A stretch of DNA of 64,000 nt, from NCBI GenBank assembly GCA_017411805.1, contig JAFQPI010000014.1, positions 10,060 to 74,059 on the forward strand, given 5' to 3'. The position numbers and the translations under genes are program-made. The notes below the pieces were generated by a model. The model searched no databases, was not told where the DNA came from, and was given only the letters and a program-made list of their open reading frames with translations. This document shows positions 21,806-30,860 of this stretch, piece after piece. This DNA is from Clostridia bacterium. GTDB taxonomy: Bacteria; Bacillota; Clostridia; Oscillospirales; CAG-272. Position 1 is the first letter of the stretch; each line of letters starts with the position of its first letter.

Positions 21806-23779
21806 TTATCCGTAAGAAATCTCCTCATCCACGGTGACTATCAGCTCCCCGCCGTCGCCCGTAGTGCAGACTCGCAGATAAGAGCCGGAGGCGAGGATCG
21901 AGACCTTTTGCAGCTCAAGCGTAAAGAGAGTCGAATCTTCCTTGATCAGCTTGCCCTGATAATACGAGCCGTCGCTGTGCTGAATACCCCAATACCCATA
22001 CGGCGAATTTGCTATAAGCTTGAAATCCTTATCGTAGCTTGAAATTCGGGTATAAACCGTGTCAATGGAGAGACCTTCACCCGCCACACGGATGACCTTC
22101 GCGCCCGGAGTAACGGGGATGAAACCCGTCGTCGTACTGCCCTTGAGCGTTCCGATCGTGCCGCTTGAATTGACGTAAGTACCGTTATCGTACCCGTCGC
22201 CGTCCACGTTGAAGTCAGAACCGTCCTTATTGATCGAAAGCGGAACAAGGTTCGTGAAATTCGGCGTTGCCTGAGCCTTTGCCGTGATCACGATATTGCC
22301 CGTGACAGCCGAGATCGAGACCGTGCCGTTCTTGTACGCCGCAGCCGTGATATCCTTGCCGTCCATCGTGACCGTCACGCTCTTGAAGCTGAAGCCCTCG
22401 GCGGGCGTGAGAGTCGCAGTATACGGCTTGCCCGATTCAACGCTCTTTGAGCCGTTCGAGCTTGTGACGTTCGAAAGCTTCGACGCAACACTGTAATAGA
22501 CCGCCGCACCGAATCCGATAACGCGGTCATATCCCGCGCCGTAGCAGAAGGAATAAATCTTTTCCTCGCTCGGATTTATGACGTTCACGACGAAGGAAGT
22601 GCCGTCAGCCGTGTTCGCTGTTTTCGGGTAGCTCACGTCCTCCGAAAAATCGATGTCGGGATAAGAGCCGACCGTCGTATAGTAGTTTTCACGGTTAAAC
22701 TGACCGTTCGGAATACATACTCTGTGCGCATCGTACTGAACGCCCGCGCCCGTTGCATAGCTGTAAAGCTTGTCGGTCTTGAAATTGTGGACATGACCGT
22801 GGAACTGAGCAATAAACTTCGCGCCGTTATTGCCCAAGAAATCAACCGTCTCGTCCGTGCCGTCACCGACGAAATACCCGCCCGAGGGATCGGTGATGTT
22901 GAAGCTCTCGCCCTCGACGTAAGCACGCAGAAGCTCGGAGAGCGGCATAGTTCCTCCGTAATCGGCGGGATAATGGCAGAGGATGATAAATCCCCATTCG
23001 ACCGCGTCAGCCTTTGAATTGAGGTCAAGCAGAGCATTCGCAAGCCATACCCTCTGCGCCCCGTAGGTGCATTGATCCGACTGCGCCGCCACAATCTTTT
23101 CCGAGGTATTGAGCATAATGACGCGGAGCTTCTTTTCGGGGAAATCACGGTAGCAATAGCCGCCGTTTTCCTCACCGCCGACAACGGTATCGCCGCTCTC
23201 GGAATGAGCCGTGAAATTGCGGTAAAGGTAATCACCGCTCAGAGTATGAACCGCGCCGTCGCTCTGCGTATCGTGGTAATAAATACCCGCGTCGTGGTTG
23301 CCGATGCAGATAAAAACGGGAAGGTCGCTCCGCGCTTCACGGAAATATGGAACGAATCCCTCGATCTGCGACTTGAGCATATCGGGAGTGGTAGAAGACG
23401 CTCCCGTTGCAACGTCGCCGAGATGCGCAAAGAAATCGGGTTTTAAAAGATAAGACAGAACTTTCGCCGCTTGATTGGCTTGCAGAGTGCTTGCCTCGGT
23501 CTCCTTGTCGTAGAAATTAAGAACCTGATCGGCGGTATAGTGGTTATCACTCATAGCGATAAAAACGATGCTGTCCTCACCGCGCACCGATCCGACACGC
23601 TCGACGATATCCATGACCTCGGGAGTGACGTAATCGGGATAGCCGCTTGCCGTCAACTGCTCGGAACGGGAGGACGCGGAAGGGACGGTCTCGCCGCCCT
23701 GATCCGCATCAAGCACCTTCACCGAGCTTGTCTTTATCCATTCCCCCGTTTCGGGGGATTTGTATTTTAGTACGCTCAT
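21806..23779 (-). CDS. phage-tail-fibre-like protein with calcineurin-like metallophosphoesterase core and C-terminal beta-rich binding-type domains
   Basis: N-terminus MSVLKYKSPETGEWIKTSSVKVL. Phosphoesterase motifs: MSDNHY, HLGDVATG, GNHD, and GHVHNF with CHYP. Ig-like and beta-sandwich-like tail. SD AAGGAGG. Confidence 0.7.
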   Translation of the reverse strand: MSVLKYKSPETGEWIKTSSVKVLDADQGGETVPSASSRSEQLTASGYPDYVTPEVMDIVERVGSVRGEDSIVFIAMSDNHYTADQVLNFYDKETEASTLQANQAAKVLSYLLKPDFFAHLGDVATGASSTTPDMLKSQIEGFVPYFREARSDLPVFICIGNHDAGIYYHDTQSDGAVHTLSGDYLYRNFTAHSESGDTVVGGEENGGYCYRDFPEKKLRVIMLNTSEKIVAAQSDQCTYGAQRVWLANALLDLNSKADAVEWGFIILCHYPADYGGTMPLSELLRAYVEGESFNITDPSGGYFVGDGTDETVDFLGNNGAKFIAQFHGHVHNFKTDKLYSYATGAGVQYDAHRVCIPNGQFNRENYYTTVGSYPDIDFSEDVSYPKTANTADGTSFVVNVINPSEEKIYSFCYGAGYDRVIGFGAAVYYSVASKLSNVTSSNGSKSVESGKPYTATLTPAEGFSFKSVTVTMDGKDITAAAYKNGTVSISAVTGNIVITAKAQATPNFTNLVPLSINKDGSDFNVDGDGYDNGTYVNSSGTIGTLKGSTTTGFIPVTPGAKVIRVAGEGLSIDTVYTRISSYDKDFKLIANSPYGYWGIQHSDGSYYQGKLIKEDSTLFTLELQKVSILASGSYLRVCTTGDGGELIVTVDEEISYG

Positions 23780-23792
23780 GGGTTAGTCCTCC

Positions 23793-26105
23793 TTAGTCGC
23801 CATACCCAAAGGTAGTAACACCATCTTTATCTCTCGCAATCGTTAAATGACTAATGGTGCCGCCGGAGCTGCCAAGATACACAAATTTAAGGCTACAATC
23901 TAACGAATTAGTGCCTATTTTCGCTTCTATACAAAGATAATTACTCATCTCATAATAAGTGAATGGATTGCCATACTGGTCATACTCATAATCGTCTGCC
24001 GCGATTCGCGCACAAATAAATTTCCCCGACTTTACCGCCTCGATGATATGTTCCCACGGAGTTAGTAGCGCAACATCAAATGTTGGAGCGTTTTTAATTC
24101 CAATTAACACATTGAGTACGCTCGGTGTTACATACTCTTCAGGGATTTTATTCGGTACGATTTTATCCTCTATAACTCTAACGGTATGTTCGTTAGAGTC
24201 AAAGGTCGCTACAATATACATTTTGTTTAAGAGTACCGTCGAGCTGTTGGATGACACCGCAATACCACCGACCATTATCGCAAACGGTTCTCCCGTGTTT
24301 TCACCCATCAATACACCATTGCCGATGAAAATACCCTCCATACCATCCAAGGTAGCCTGTTTTGCGGTGCAAGAATACTCAATTCCGTCAAAAATAACGG
24401 TATATGTCTTCCCTTCCACAAGTTCAAACGGAGCAAGAGGATGCTGATAAACTCCCATACTCTCATTCAAAATGGGAGTAAAAGTGAGTTCAGGCACAAT
24501 ATCTTCCTGTCCTTCCTCGCTCCAATGCGTCCTCGGCTGATAATCCGCGCTTTTCCACTTCGTCGGCTTGCCGTTTGCGTCCACTTCCTTGACGATGATG
24601 GTCTGACCGACGGAGGCGGTTGCGGGATTTAAGACCGCATCGGGAATATCGCTCTTTTTAGCTATATTGGGAGGAAGACGATTCGGCTCAAGCATAAGCT
24701 CGTCCGTGGGAGCATACAGCTTATAGGTGTAAGTTCCCGCCGAAGGAGCAGATACAGAAACTCCGGCGAAGTTGTATGTTACCCACTCGTTGCCGTCCTC
24801 GTCACACAGCACAGAGCCTAAAGTTATTCTTTCCCAATGACATTTGAGCAGTTCGCCGTTGACTTCGAGCCAATATACTGTATCAAGCATTGCCGTAACC
24901 GTTACATCCGTCAATTGTACGCCGCTTTTCGCCGCCGCGTCGGTTGCGAAGGTAGCCGTATGCTCAAAGAACGGCTCTCCCGCTCCCTCAATAAAAGGCT
25001 TGTCGGAAAGGGCGTTCCAACTCAGTACGCCGCCCTCACCCTTTACAACGCAATCGGGCAGAAATTCCTCAGGAAGCTTGTTGTATACCGTGTCCTGCCA
25101 ATCCGTGACCTTGATACCGATAGGCTCTTCCAAAGTGCCGTCATTGTAGAAAGTGCCGCCCGTTGTGCCGCCCATAAGCCACGCAATAGCGAACGGCTCA
25201 CCGTTGCCCTCCGTTGCGCCGAGAAGCGTTCCGTTACCGAGATACAGCGTTCCGTCACCGTCATTAAGACAAACGCATTTATACAGTATGCCTTTGACCT
25301 CTACGGCATAAATATTGCCCTCTACCAAATCCGCTTTAAGATCGCTCCAAAATCCATTCGACACAGCCTGTTCGGGAACGATAACGACCTTGCCGCCGCC
25401 TTCCTCGCTCGTCGCCATCCAATCTGCGTCGATATACTTGTTGTCGAGCTTGTGAACCACGCCGTCCTTGTCAACGTAGTGCGTGCGGTTGAGGATATGA
25501 CCCTCCTCGCCCTCGTTCGCCGCAAGATCGGGAACGACCGCCTCGGGCAGATCGACCGCCTTGTATTCCGTGGGCTTGCCCTCACTGTCAACCGCCTTGA
25601 CCGCGATCACTTGACCGACGGAGGCAATAACGTCGATCTGCGCCGAGTTCTCGCCCTCCTCATCCGTGTCGATCCATACGAGCTGACCTTCCGCGGGAGC
25701 CTCGGTTCCGATATGAACGCCGGGTGCACCGGTTTCGCCTTTTTCGCCGGTTGCGCCCTTAGCACCCTGCGGTCCGCGTGCTCCCGTGTCACCTGTCTCG
25801 CCTTTCTCACCCTGCGGACCCTGCTCGCCCTTCTCACCGGGATCACCCTTGTCTCCCTTAAATTCTCCGCTTGCTTTTGCCTTTTCGAGTGCGGAATCAA
25901 CCGCTTCCTCGATCTTATCCTCGCTGACGGCAGAGTTCAGCGCATCCCTGAGTCCTTCGATCGCGGCTATGGAATGCTGATTGGGAAGATCACGGTCCTC
26001 AAGCTCCGAGTGGGAAGTAATGACCTTATTTGTGTTTACTATGGTGTTCCCGAGAGATACGTGGATCGTCGGAAACTCGTTGAGCTTTACGTTTATCTCT
26101 CGCAT
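23793..26105 (-). CDS. phage tail-fibre-like protein with collagen-like triple-helix segment and duplicated distal modules
   Basis: N-terminal SHSELEDRDLPNQHSIAAIEGL motif is common in prophage fibres. There are 15 G-X-Y triplets. Its ATG overlaps the TGA of the upstream gene. Confidence 0.8.
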   Translation of the reverse strand: MREINVKLNEFPTIHVSLGNTIVNTNKVITSHSELEDRDLPNQHSIAAIEGLRDALNSAVSEDKIEEAVDSALEKAKASGEFKGDKGDPGEKGEQGPQGEKGETGDTGARGPQGAKGATGEKGETGAPGVHIGTEAPAEGQLVWIDTDEEGENSAQIDVIASVGQVIAVKAVDSEGKPTEYKAVDLPEAVVPDLAANEGEEGHILNRTHYVDKDGVVHKLDNKYIDADWMATSEEGGGKVVIVPEQAVSNGFWSDLKADLVEGNIYAVEVKGILYKCVCLNDGDGTLYLGNGTLLGATEGNGEPFAIAWLMGGTTGGTFYNDGTLEEPIGIKVTDWQDTVYNKLPEEFLPDCVVKGEGGVLSWNALSDKPFIEGAGEPFFEHTATFATDAAAKSGVQLTDVTVTAMLDTVYWLEVNGELLKCHWERITLGSVLCDEDGNEWVTYNFAGVSVSAPSAGTYTYKLYAPTDELMLEPNRLPPNIAKKSDIPDAVLNPATASVGQTIIVKEVDANGKPTKWKSADYQPRTHWSEEGQEDIVPELTFTPILNESMGVYQHPLAPFELVEGKTYTVIFDGIEYSCTAKQATLDGMEGIFIGNGVLMGENTGEPFAIMVGGIAVSSNSSTVLLNKMYIVATFDSNEHTVRVIEDKIVPNKIPEEYVTPSVLNVLIGIKNAPTFDVALLTPWEHIIEAVKSGKFICARIAADDYEYDQYGNPFTYYEMSNYLCIEAKIGTNSLDCSLKFVYLGSSGGTISHLTIARDKDGVTTFGYGD
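25719..25856 (-). repeat. collagen-like Gly-X-Y coding repeat within the fibre gene
   Basis: GDKGDPGEKGEQGPQGEKGETGDTGARGPQGAKGATGEKGETGAPG. Confidence 0.9.
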
Positions 26106-26413
26106 CAAAGCACCTCCCTTGAGAGTGCGGGGGAGAACTCGATTATCCCGAGGTCAATTCCGATGACGTCACCGCTTGCGTATTTGCAGCGGACGTTCAC
26201 TCGCGCTCTTCCTCTAAGTGAGAAGGTTTCTTTCTGCGTAAGAGGAACGAGAAAGAGAGACCTTTCCGAGTCGAATTTTATCTCGCCCGAGGAAAGTGTT
26301 TTGCGTATGCCGTTTCCAATGCAGACCTCGACCTCCTTGAAGCTTTCTGCGTTTGCGTTTCCGATATCTGTTGAGATGCTTATAGGCAGGTTGTATGCGT
26401 CGCCTCTCATCAT
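26105..26413 (-). CDS. small phage-type beta-sandwich protein (BppU-N/Ig-like pattern)
   Basis: The pattern RGDAYNLPISI...VPLTQKETFSLRG...YASGDVIG resembles N-terminal domains of siphophage baseplate and fibre proteins. SD GGGAGG lies 9 nt before the ATG at 26413. Confidence 0.55.
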   Translation of the reverse strand: MMRGDAYNLPISISTDIGNANAESFKEVEVCIGNGIRKTLSSGEIKFDSERSLFLVPLTQKETFSLRGRARVNVRCKYASGDVIGIDLGIIEFSPALSREVL

Positions 26414-26586
26414 GCGCATCCACCTCCCGCGAACTTTACTTTGAGAAAATAAATATTAAGCCTTTTGCTTATTTCAATAATGAATCTTTTCATGAAAATT
26501 TTCCTTTCAGATATATTCCGAAGCCAAGCCTCATCGCGGATTCCCGACATACCGCGAGGGGAATGACTTTTCGGTCAATATATAAA

Positions 26587-26602
26587 TAGAACAAATGTTC
26601 TA
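26587..26602. promoter_or_regulatory. putative LexA (Cheo/SOS) box
   Basis: TAGAACAAATGTTCTA contains a perfect GAAC-N4-GTTC palindrome. It lies about 175 bp upstream of the fibre operon start and about 170 bp upstream of the ACT-gene promoter. Confidence 0.4.
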
Positions 26603-26767
26603 TTTGAGAAAATTATACCATGAATTCAAGGAAAAGTCAAGCAATATTTGCCGCTTTTCCGACATTTCATCACTGTAAACAATAGAATGACGGATAATGG
26701 GGATAAGGTATAGGTCAGATTCAACAATGAAACACCTTTGCGCTATCGAGAAATAATGTTATTTATC

Positions 26768-26796
26768 TTGACAAATCCCGACAAAAATATTATAAT
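26768..26796 (+). promoter_or_regulatory. consensus sigma-A promoter
   Basis: TTGACA, 17 nt, TATAAT. Confidence 0.75.
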
Positions 26797-26830
26797 ATAT
26801 AATACCTATTCTTTTTTTCGGAGGTACATC

Positions 26831-27100
26831 ATGAAGGCAGTAATTACCGTTACGGGTAAGGACAACGTAGGAATCGTTGCAAAGGTCGCAACAGAGTGCT
26901 CGGCTTTGGGCGCGAACATTATCGATATTTCGCAGAGCGTTCTGCGCGAGTATTTCGCTATGATCGTTCTTGTCGACATCGACGGGCTTTCCTGCGCTTT
27001 CGGTGATTTCGTTGATAAAATGAGCGCGCTCGGTGACGCAAGCGGTCTCCGTATCGCAACTATGCACGAGGATATTTTCAATTCGATGCACCGCATCTGA
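26831..27100 (+). CDS. ACT-domain protein (UPF0237 family)
   Basis: MKAVITVTGKDNVGIVAKV... 89 aa. It precedes a UPF0210 gene, a conserved pairing. SD GGAGGT. Confidence 0.8.
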   Translation: MKAVITVTGKDNVGIVAKVATECSALGANIIDISQSVLREYFAMIVLVDIDGLSCAFGDFVDKMSALGDASGLRIATMHEDIFNSMHRI

Positions 27101-27112
27101 TCGGAGTTCGCT

Positions 27113-28471
27113 ATGCTTAATATAAACGATATTCTTGAAACCATAAATATGATACGCGAGGAGAATCTCGATATACGTACCATCACGATGGGTATATCGC
27201 TGATCGACTGCGCGGGCGATGATATTAATGCCGTCTGCGACCGCGTATACGATAAGATCACAAAGAAGGCGGAGCGCCTTGTTTCGGTTGGCGACGATAT
27301 CGAGAAGCAGTACGGTATCCCGATCGTCAACCGCCGCGTTGCCGTGACGCCTATTTCTATCCTCGGCGGAAGATTTTCATCCGAGGACTACATAAAGCTT
27401 GCAAAAACTCTTGACCGTGCCGCCGATACACTCGGTATCAACTTCATCGGAGGCTTTGGTGCGCTCGTTCAGAAGGGCTGCACCGTTGGTGACAACGCGC
27501 TGATAGAGTCGATCCCCTATGCGCTTGCCGAGACAGAGCGCGTTTGCTCGTCTGTCAACGTAGCGTCGACCAAGGCGGGCATCAATATGGATGCCATTCA
27601 GCGTATGGGCGATATCATCGTAAAGACTGCTGAACTTACAGCTGACCGCGATTCGATCGGTTGTGCGAAGTTCGTCGTGTTTGCAAACGTACCCGAGGAC
27701 AACCCCTTTATGGCGGGCGCGTTCCACGGCGTTTCCGAGCCCGAGTGCGTCGTCAGCGTCGGAGTTTCGGGTCCCGGTGCTGTTGCCTCTGCAATTCAGC
27801 GCACGGGCGACTGCAATCTTACCGCGCTTGCCGAGACCGTCAAGAAGACGGCTTTCAAGATCACTCGCGTAGGTCAGCTCGTTGCTCTCGAGGCGTCGAA
27901 GAGACTTGACGTTCCCTTCGGAATCGTCGATCTTTCCCTCGCGCCTACACCCGCGATCGGTGACTCGGTTGCTCACATTCTCGAAAATATGGGTCTTGAG
28001 ACCTGCGGATGCCCCGGCACCACCGCGGCTCTCGCGCTCCTCAACGACGCGGTCAAGAAGGGCGGCGTTATGGCTTCCTCGCACGTCGGCGGACTTTCGG
28101 GCGCATTCATTCCCGTTTCCGAGGATGCGGGTATGATCCACGCCGCACGCATCGGTGCGCTCACTCTCGAAAAGCTCGAGGCTATGACGGCTGTTTGCTC
28201 GGTCGGTCTCGATATGATAGCCATCCCCGGTGACACTCCCGCGGCTACAATTTGCGGCATCATCGCGGACGAGATCTCGATTGGTGTTGCCAATACCAAG
28301 ACTACAGCGGTCAGAGTCATTCCCGCCGTCGGCAAGAAGGTCGGAGACGAGGTCGTATTCGGCGGTCTGCTCGGAAGCGCGCCCATTATGCCCGTAAACA
28401 CCTATTCCCCCGCAAAATTCATCGCGCGCGGCGGACGTATTCCCGCGCCGATCCACAGCCTTAAGAACTGA
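27113..28471 (+). CDS. UPF0210 (DUF711) family protein
   Basis: 452 aa. The N-terminal [16 protein letters not shown] block is typical of the family. Confidence 0.8.
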   Translation: MLNINDILETINMIREENLDIRTITMGISLIDCAGDDINAVCDRVYDKITKKAERLVSVGDDIEKQYGIPIVNRRVAVTPISILGGRFSSEDYIKLAKTLDRAADTLGINFIGGFGALVQKGCTVGDNALIESIPYALAETERVCSSVNVASTKAGINMDAIQRMGDIIVKTAELTADRDSIGCAKFVVFANVPEDNPFMAGAFHGVSEPECVVSVGVSGPGAVASAIQRTGDCNLTALAETVKKTAFKITRVGQLVALEASKRLDVPFGIVDLSLAPTPAIGDSVAHILENMGLETCGCPGTTAALALLNDAVKKGGVMASSHVGGLSGAFIPVSEDAGMIHAARIGALTLEKLEAMTAVCSVGLDMIAIPGDTPAATICGIIADEISIGVANTKTTAVRVIPAVGKKVGDEVVFGGLLGSAPIMPVNTYSPAKFIARGGRIPAPIHSLKN

Positions 28472-29283
28472 TGATAATAGATTTCCACACGCACGCGTTC
28501 CCCGAAAAGATCGCGGCGCGCACGATCGAGGCTCTTATCTCGAATGTTTCGCGTATCAGCGACTATCCGATGCGGAACTGCACCGACGGTACCGCAAGCG
28601 GTCTGCTTGACGTCGAGAAGAGAGCGGGAGTCGATCTTGCGGTCGTCCTGCCGATCGTGACCAATCCGAAGCAGACTGAGACTGTCAACCGCGTTGCCCG
28701 TGAGACCAACGAGGCAAATTGCGGACTTTATTCCTTCGGCTCGATCCACCCCGCCGACCCCGATGCGATCGCGTGGATCGACAGACTCGCAAAGGAGGGC
28801 TTCAAGGGAATCAAGCTCCATCCCGAATTTCAGGGATACTACGCCGACGAGATGATCGAGGTATATCGCCGTGCCGCAGAGCACGGAATGACGGTCGTCT
28901 TTCATGCGGGACGCGATATCGGTTATCCGCCTCCCGCAAAGACCACGCCCGATATGCTCCTCCGTATCGTCGATAAGATCCCCGATATTAAGCTTGTCGC
29001 CGCGCATCTCGGCTCTTGGATGATGTGGGATGAGGTTGCCGCGAAGCTTTGCGGAACTCCGATATATTTCGACACCGCATTCATTGCCGATTTTATCGAC
29101 AAGTCTCTGGCGCGCGATATTATCGTCAACCACGGCGCGGACAAGATCCTTTTCGGCAGCGATTGCCCCTGGGAGAACCCCGCGCACACGCTTGATTTTT
29201 TGAATTCCTTGGATATTGACCCGAATGATCTCAATAAAATATGCGGCAAAAATGCCGCAGGATTGCTTGGTATTGAAAAATGA
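28471..29283 (+). CDS. amidohydrolase-family TIM-barrel metal hydrolase
   Basis: IIDFHTHAFP N-terminal metal motif, then HLG and FGSDCPW motifs. Confidence 0.75.
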   Translation: MIIDFHTHAFPEKIAARTIEALISNVSRISDYPMRNCTDGTASGLLDVEKRAGVDLAVVLPIVTNPKQTETVNRVARETNEANCGLYSFGSIHPADPDAIAWIDRLAKEGFKGIKLHPEFQGYYADEMIEVYRRAAEHGMTVVFHAGRDIGYPPPAKTTPDMLLRIVDKIPDIKLVAAHLGSWMMWDEVAAKLCGTPIYFDTAFIADFIDKSLARDIIVNHGADKILFGSDCPWENPAHTLDFLNSLDIDPNDLNKICGKNAAGLLGIEK

Positions 29284-30146
29284 CAGAAAGAAAGCTTTAC
29301 GAAAACATAACCACGGGTGAGGAGCGCGCGCTTTACGGCTTGCGCCACGCCGACGTTATCGCTTGCAATTTTGAGGGTGAGGAGGACGGAGAATCCGCAC
29401 TCAAGGAGTGCATTGACATAAACGTACGAAATTGCAATTTCCGCCTGCGCTATCCCTTCTGGCATTGCACGGATTTCACTGTCCGCGATTCGAAGCTTGA
29501 CCGTGGTGTCCGCGCGCCTATCTGGTACGCGAAGAACGGAAGCTTTGAGGATTGCGAGATCCTCGACGTCAAGGCTCTGCGCGAGTGTGAGAATATGAGC
29601 TTACGCAAATGCACCGCGATCTCAACCGAGTTCGGTTGGAGATGCCGAGGCATACGTATCGATGAATCCGAGGTCACGGGCGAGTATTTCCTCTTTGAAA
29701 GCCGCGATATCAAGCTTGATAACTTCACGCTGAGCGGAAAATATTCCTTCCAATATACCGAGAACGTCGAGATCTCGAATTCGACTCTCAACACCAAGGA
29801 CGCTTTCTGGCACGCGAAGAACGTCACAGTCCGCGACAGCACCGTTAAGGGCGAGTACCTCGCGTGGTATTCGGAAAACGTCACCTTCATCAACTGCCAT
29901 ATCGTCGGCACACAGCCGCTCTGCTATTGTAAGGGACTCAAGCTTATAAACTGCACGACCGAGGGCTGCGACCTCTCCTTCGAATATTCCGAGGTCGATG
30001 CAACCGTCAAGGGCAATATCGTCTCGGTCAAAAATCCGCTTTCGGGCAAGATCGTCGCAGATTCCATCGGCGAGATCGTCAAAGAGGGAAGCGTGAAGGA
30101 ATGTGATTGTGAGGTAATTACAACAGCACCGGATTGGGCAAAATAG
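29280..30146 (+). CDS. right-handed beta-helix repeat protein (DUF3737-like)
   Basis: Repeated units of about 22 aa with an N/C/V ladder (NCNF, RDSKL, VRDSTV, INCH, INCT). Confidence 0.6.
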   Translation: MTERKLYENITTGEERALYGLRHADVIACNFEGEEDGESALKECIDINVRNCNFRLRYPFWHCTDFTVRDSKLDRGVRAPIWYAKNGSFEDCEILDVKALRECENMSLRKCTAISTEFGWRCRGIRIDESEVTGEYFLFESRDIKLDNFTLSGKYSFQYTENVEISNSTLNTKDAFWHAKNVTVRDSTVKGEYLAWYSENVTFINCHIVGTQPLCYCKGLKLINCTTEGCDLSFEYSEVDATVKGNIVSVKNPLSGKIVADSIGEIVKEGSVKECDCEVITTAPDWAK

Positions 30147-30290
30147 CCAAAAACGATTATTGAAATTTGTGTAACTATACAAAAGGTTACGCTACACGAA
30201 AAAAGTCTTCGAAATAGTGTAACTTTTTACTCATATTTGGTGTCTTATTATATGAAGGGCAAAATATCTAATTTATTCGGGAGGGCAAAA

Positions 30291-30860
30291 ATGAAATACC
30301 GTATCAAAAATTCAAAGCGTTTGATCTCGATCATTTTACTTTTTATTGTGTCTACTATGCTGATCGGTATTTTTTCTGCATGCGAGGGGATAGGCAATGA
30401 TCCGGGAACGGAATATGCAGACGTCTTCTGGAAATACACCCCCGAGCTTGAACCGCTTACACAGAGTCAGGCGGATGCCTTTAACCGAGCGCGTTTTATA
30501 CACGCCACCGGAATGACGCCCGAAGAATACATCGAATCGGCATCGGAAGAAGAAAAAGAAAGAGCGAAAGATATTGTCGAATCATCGAAGTATCTTTCTT
30601 CTAAAAAAGAAAAAACTCGTGTTTATTTGGGAACCTTTAACGGTAGTATAGTGGTTGTAGAAATAGGGGATCTAATGGAAGGAACTGTATATAGATTGGG
30701 TGAGTATACTTTCGAAACTGATCAAAACAGTACCGATTATGTGTATAATAACGGAAAAATATTAGGTATAGAAGAAGCCTATGAGAGCGGCATATTAACC
30801 GATGAAGATGCAGCGATAATGGTAGGGCGCATGAAAAAATACTATGAAATGATAAATTGA
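30291..30860 (+). CDS. lipoprotein; its C-terminal domain is paralogous to the anti-sigma-like protein at 37358-38089
   Basis: Lipobox IFSAC. The C-terminal VYLGTFNGSIVV...EEAYESGILTDED aligns with CYFGKFENSIVI...DEAYELGFITEKD. SD GGGAGGG. Confidence 0.7.
   Translation: MKYRIKNSKRLISIILLFIVSTMLIGIFSACEGIGNDPGTEYADVFWKYTPELEPLTQSQADAFNRARFIHATGMTPEEYIESASEEEKERAKDIVESSKYLSSKKEKTRVYLGTFNGSIVVVEIGDLMEGTVYRLGEYTFETDQNSTDYVYNNGKILGIEEAYESGILTDEDAAIMVGRMKKYYEMIN

Noticed and set aside
25719-25856. The collagen-like region as a non-coding tandem DNA repeat.
   Set aside because: The 9-nt periodicity is imperfect at the DNA level and sits in frame within a long ORF. It encodes an uninterrupted Gly-X-Y run, as in many phage fibres.
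24837-26444. A 535-aa ORF antisense to the tail-fibre gene, and similar long antisense ORFs at 27377-28456, 46440-47408, 55533-56837 and 35430-36086.
   Set aside because: Their R/L/S/G-rich, motif-free translations are typical of the reverse frame of GC-rich coding DNA. The opposite strand encodes proteins with clear family motifs: collagen triplets plus fibre motif, UPF0210, PrfA GGQ, DnaE, and Gfo/Idh/MocA.
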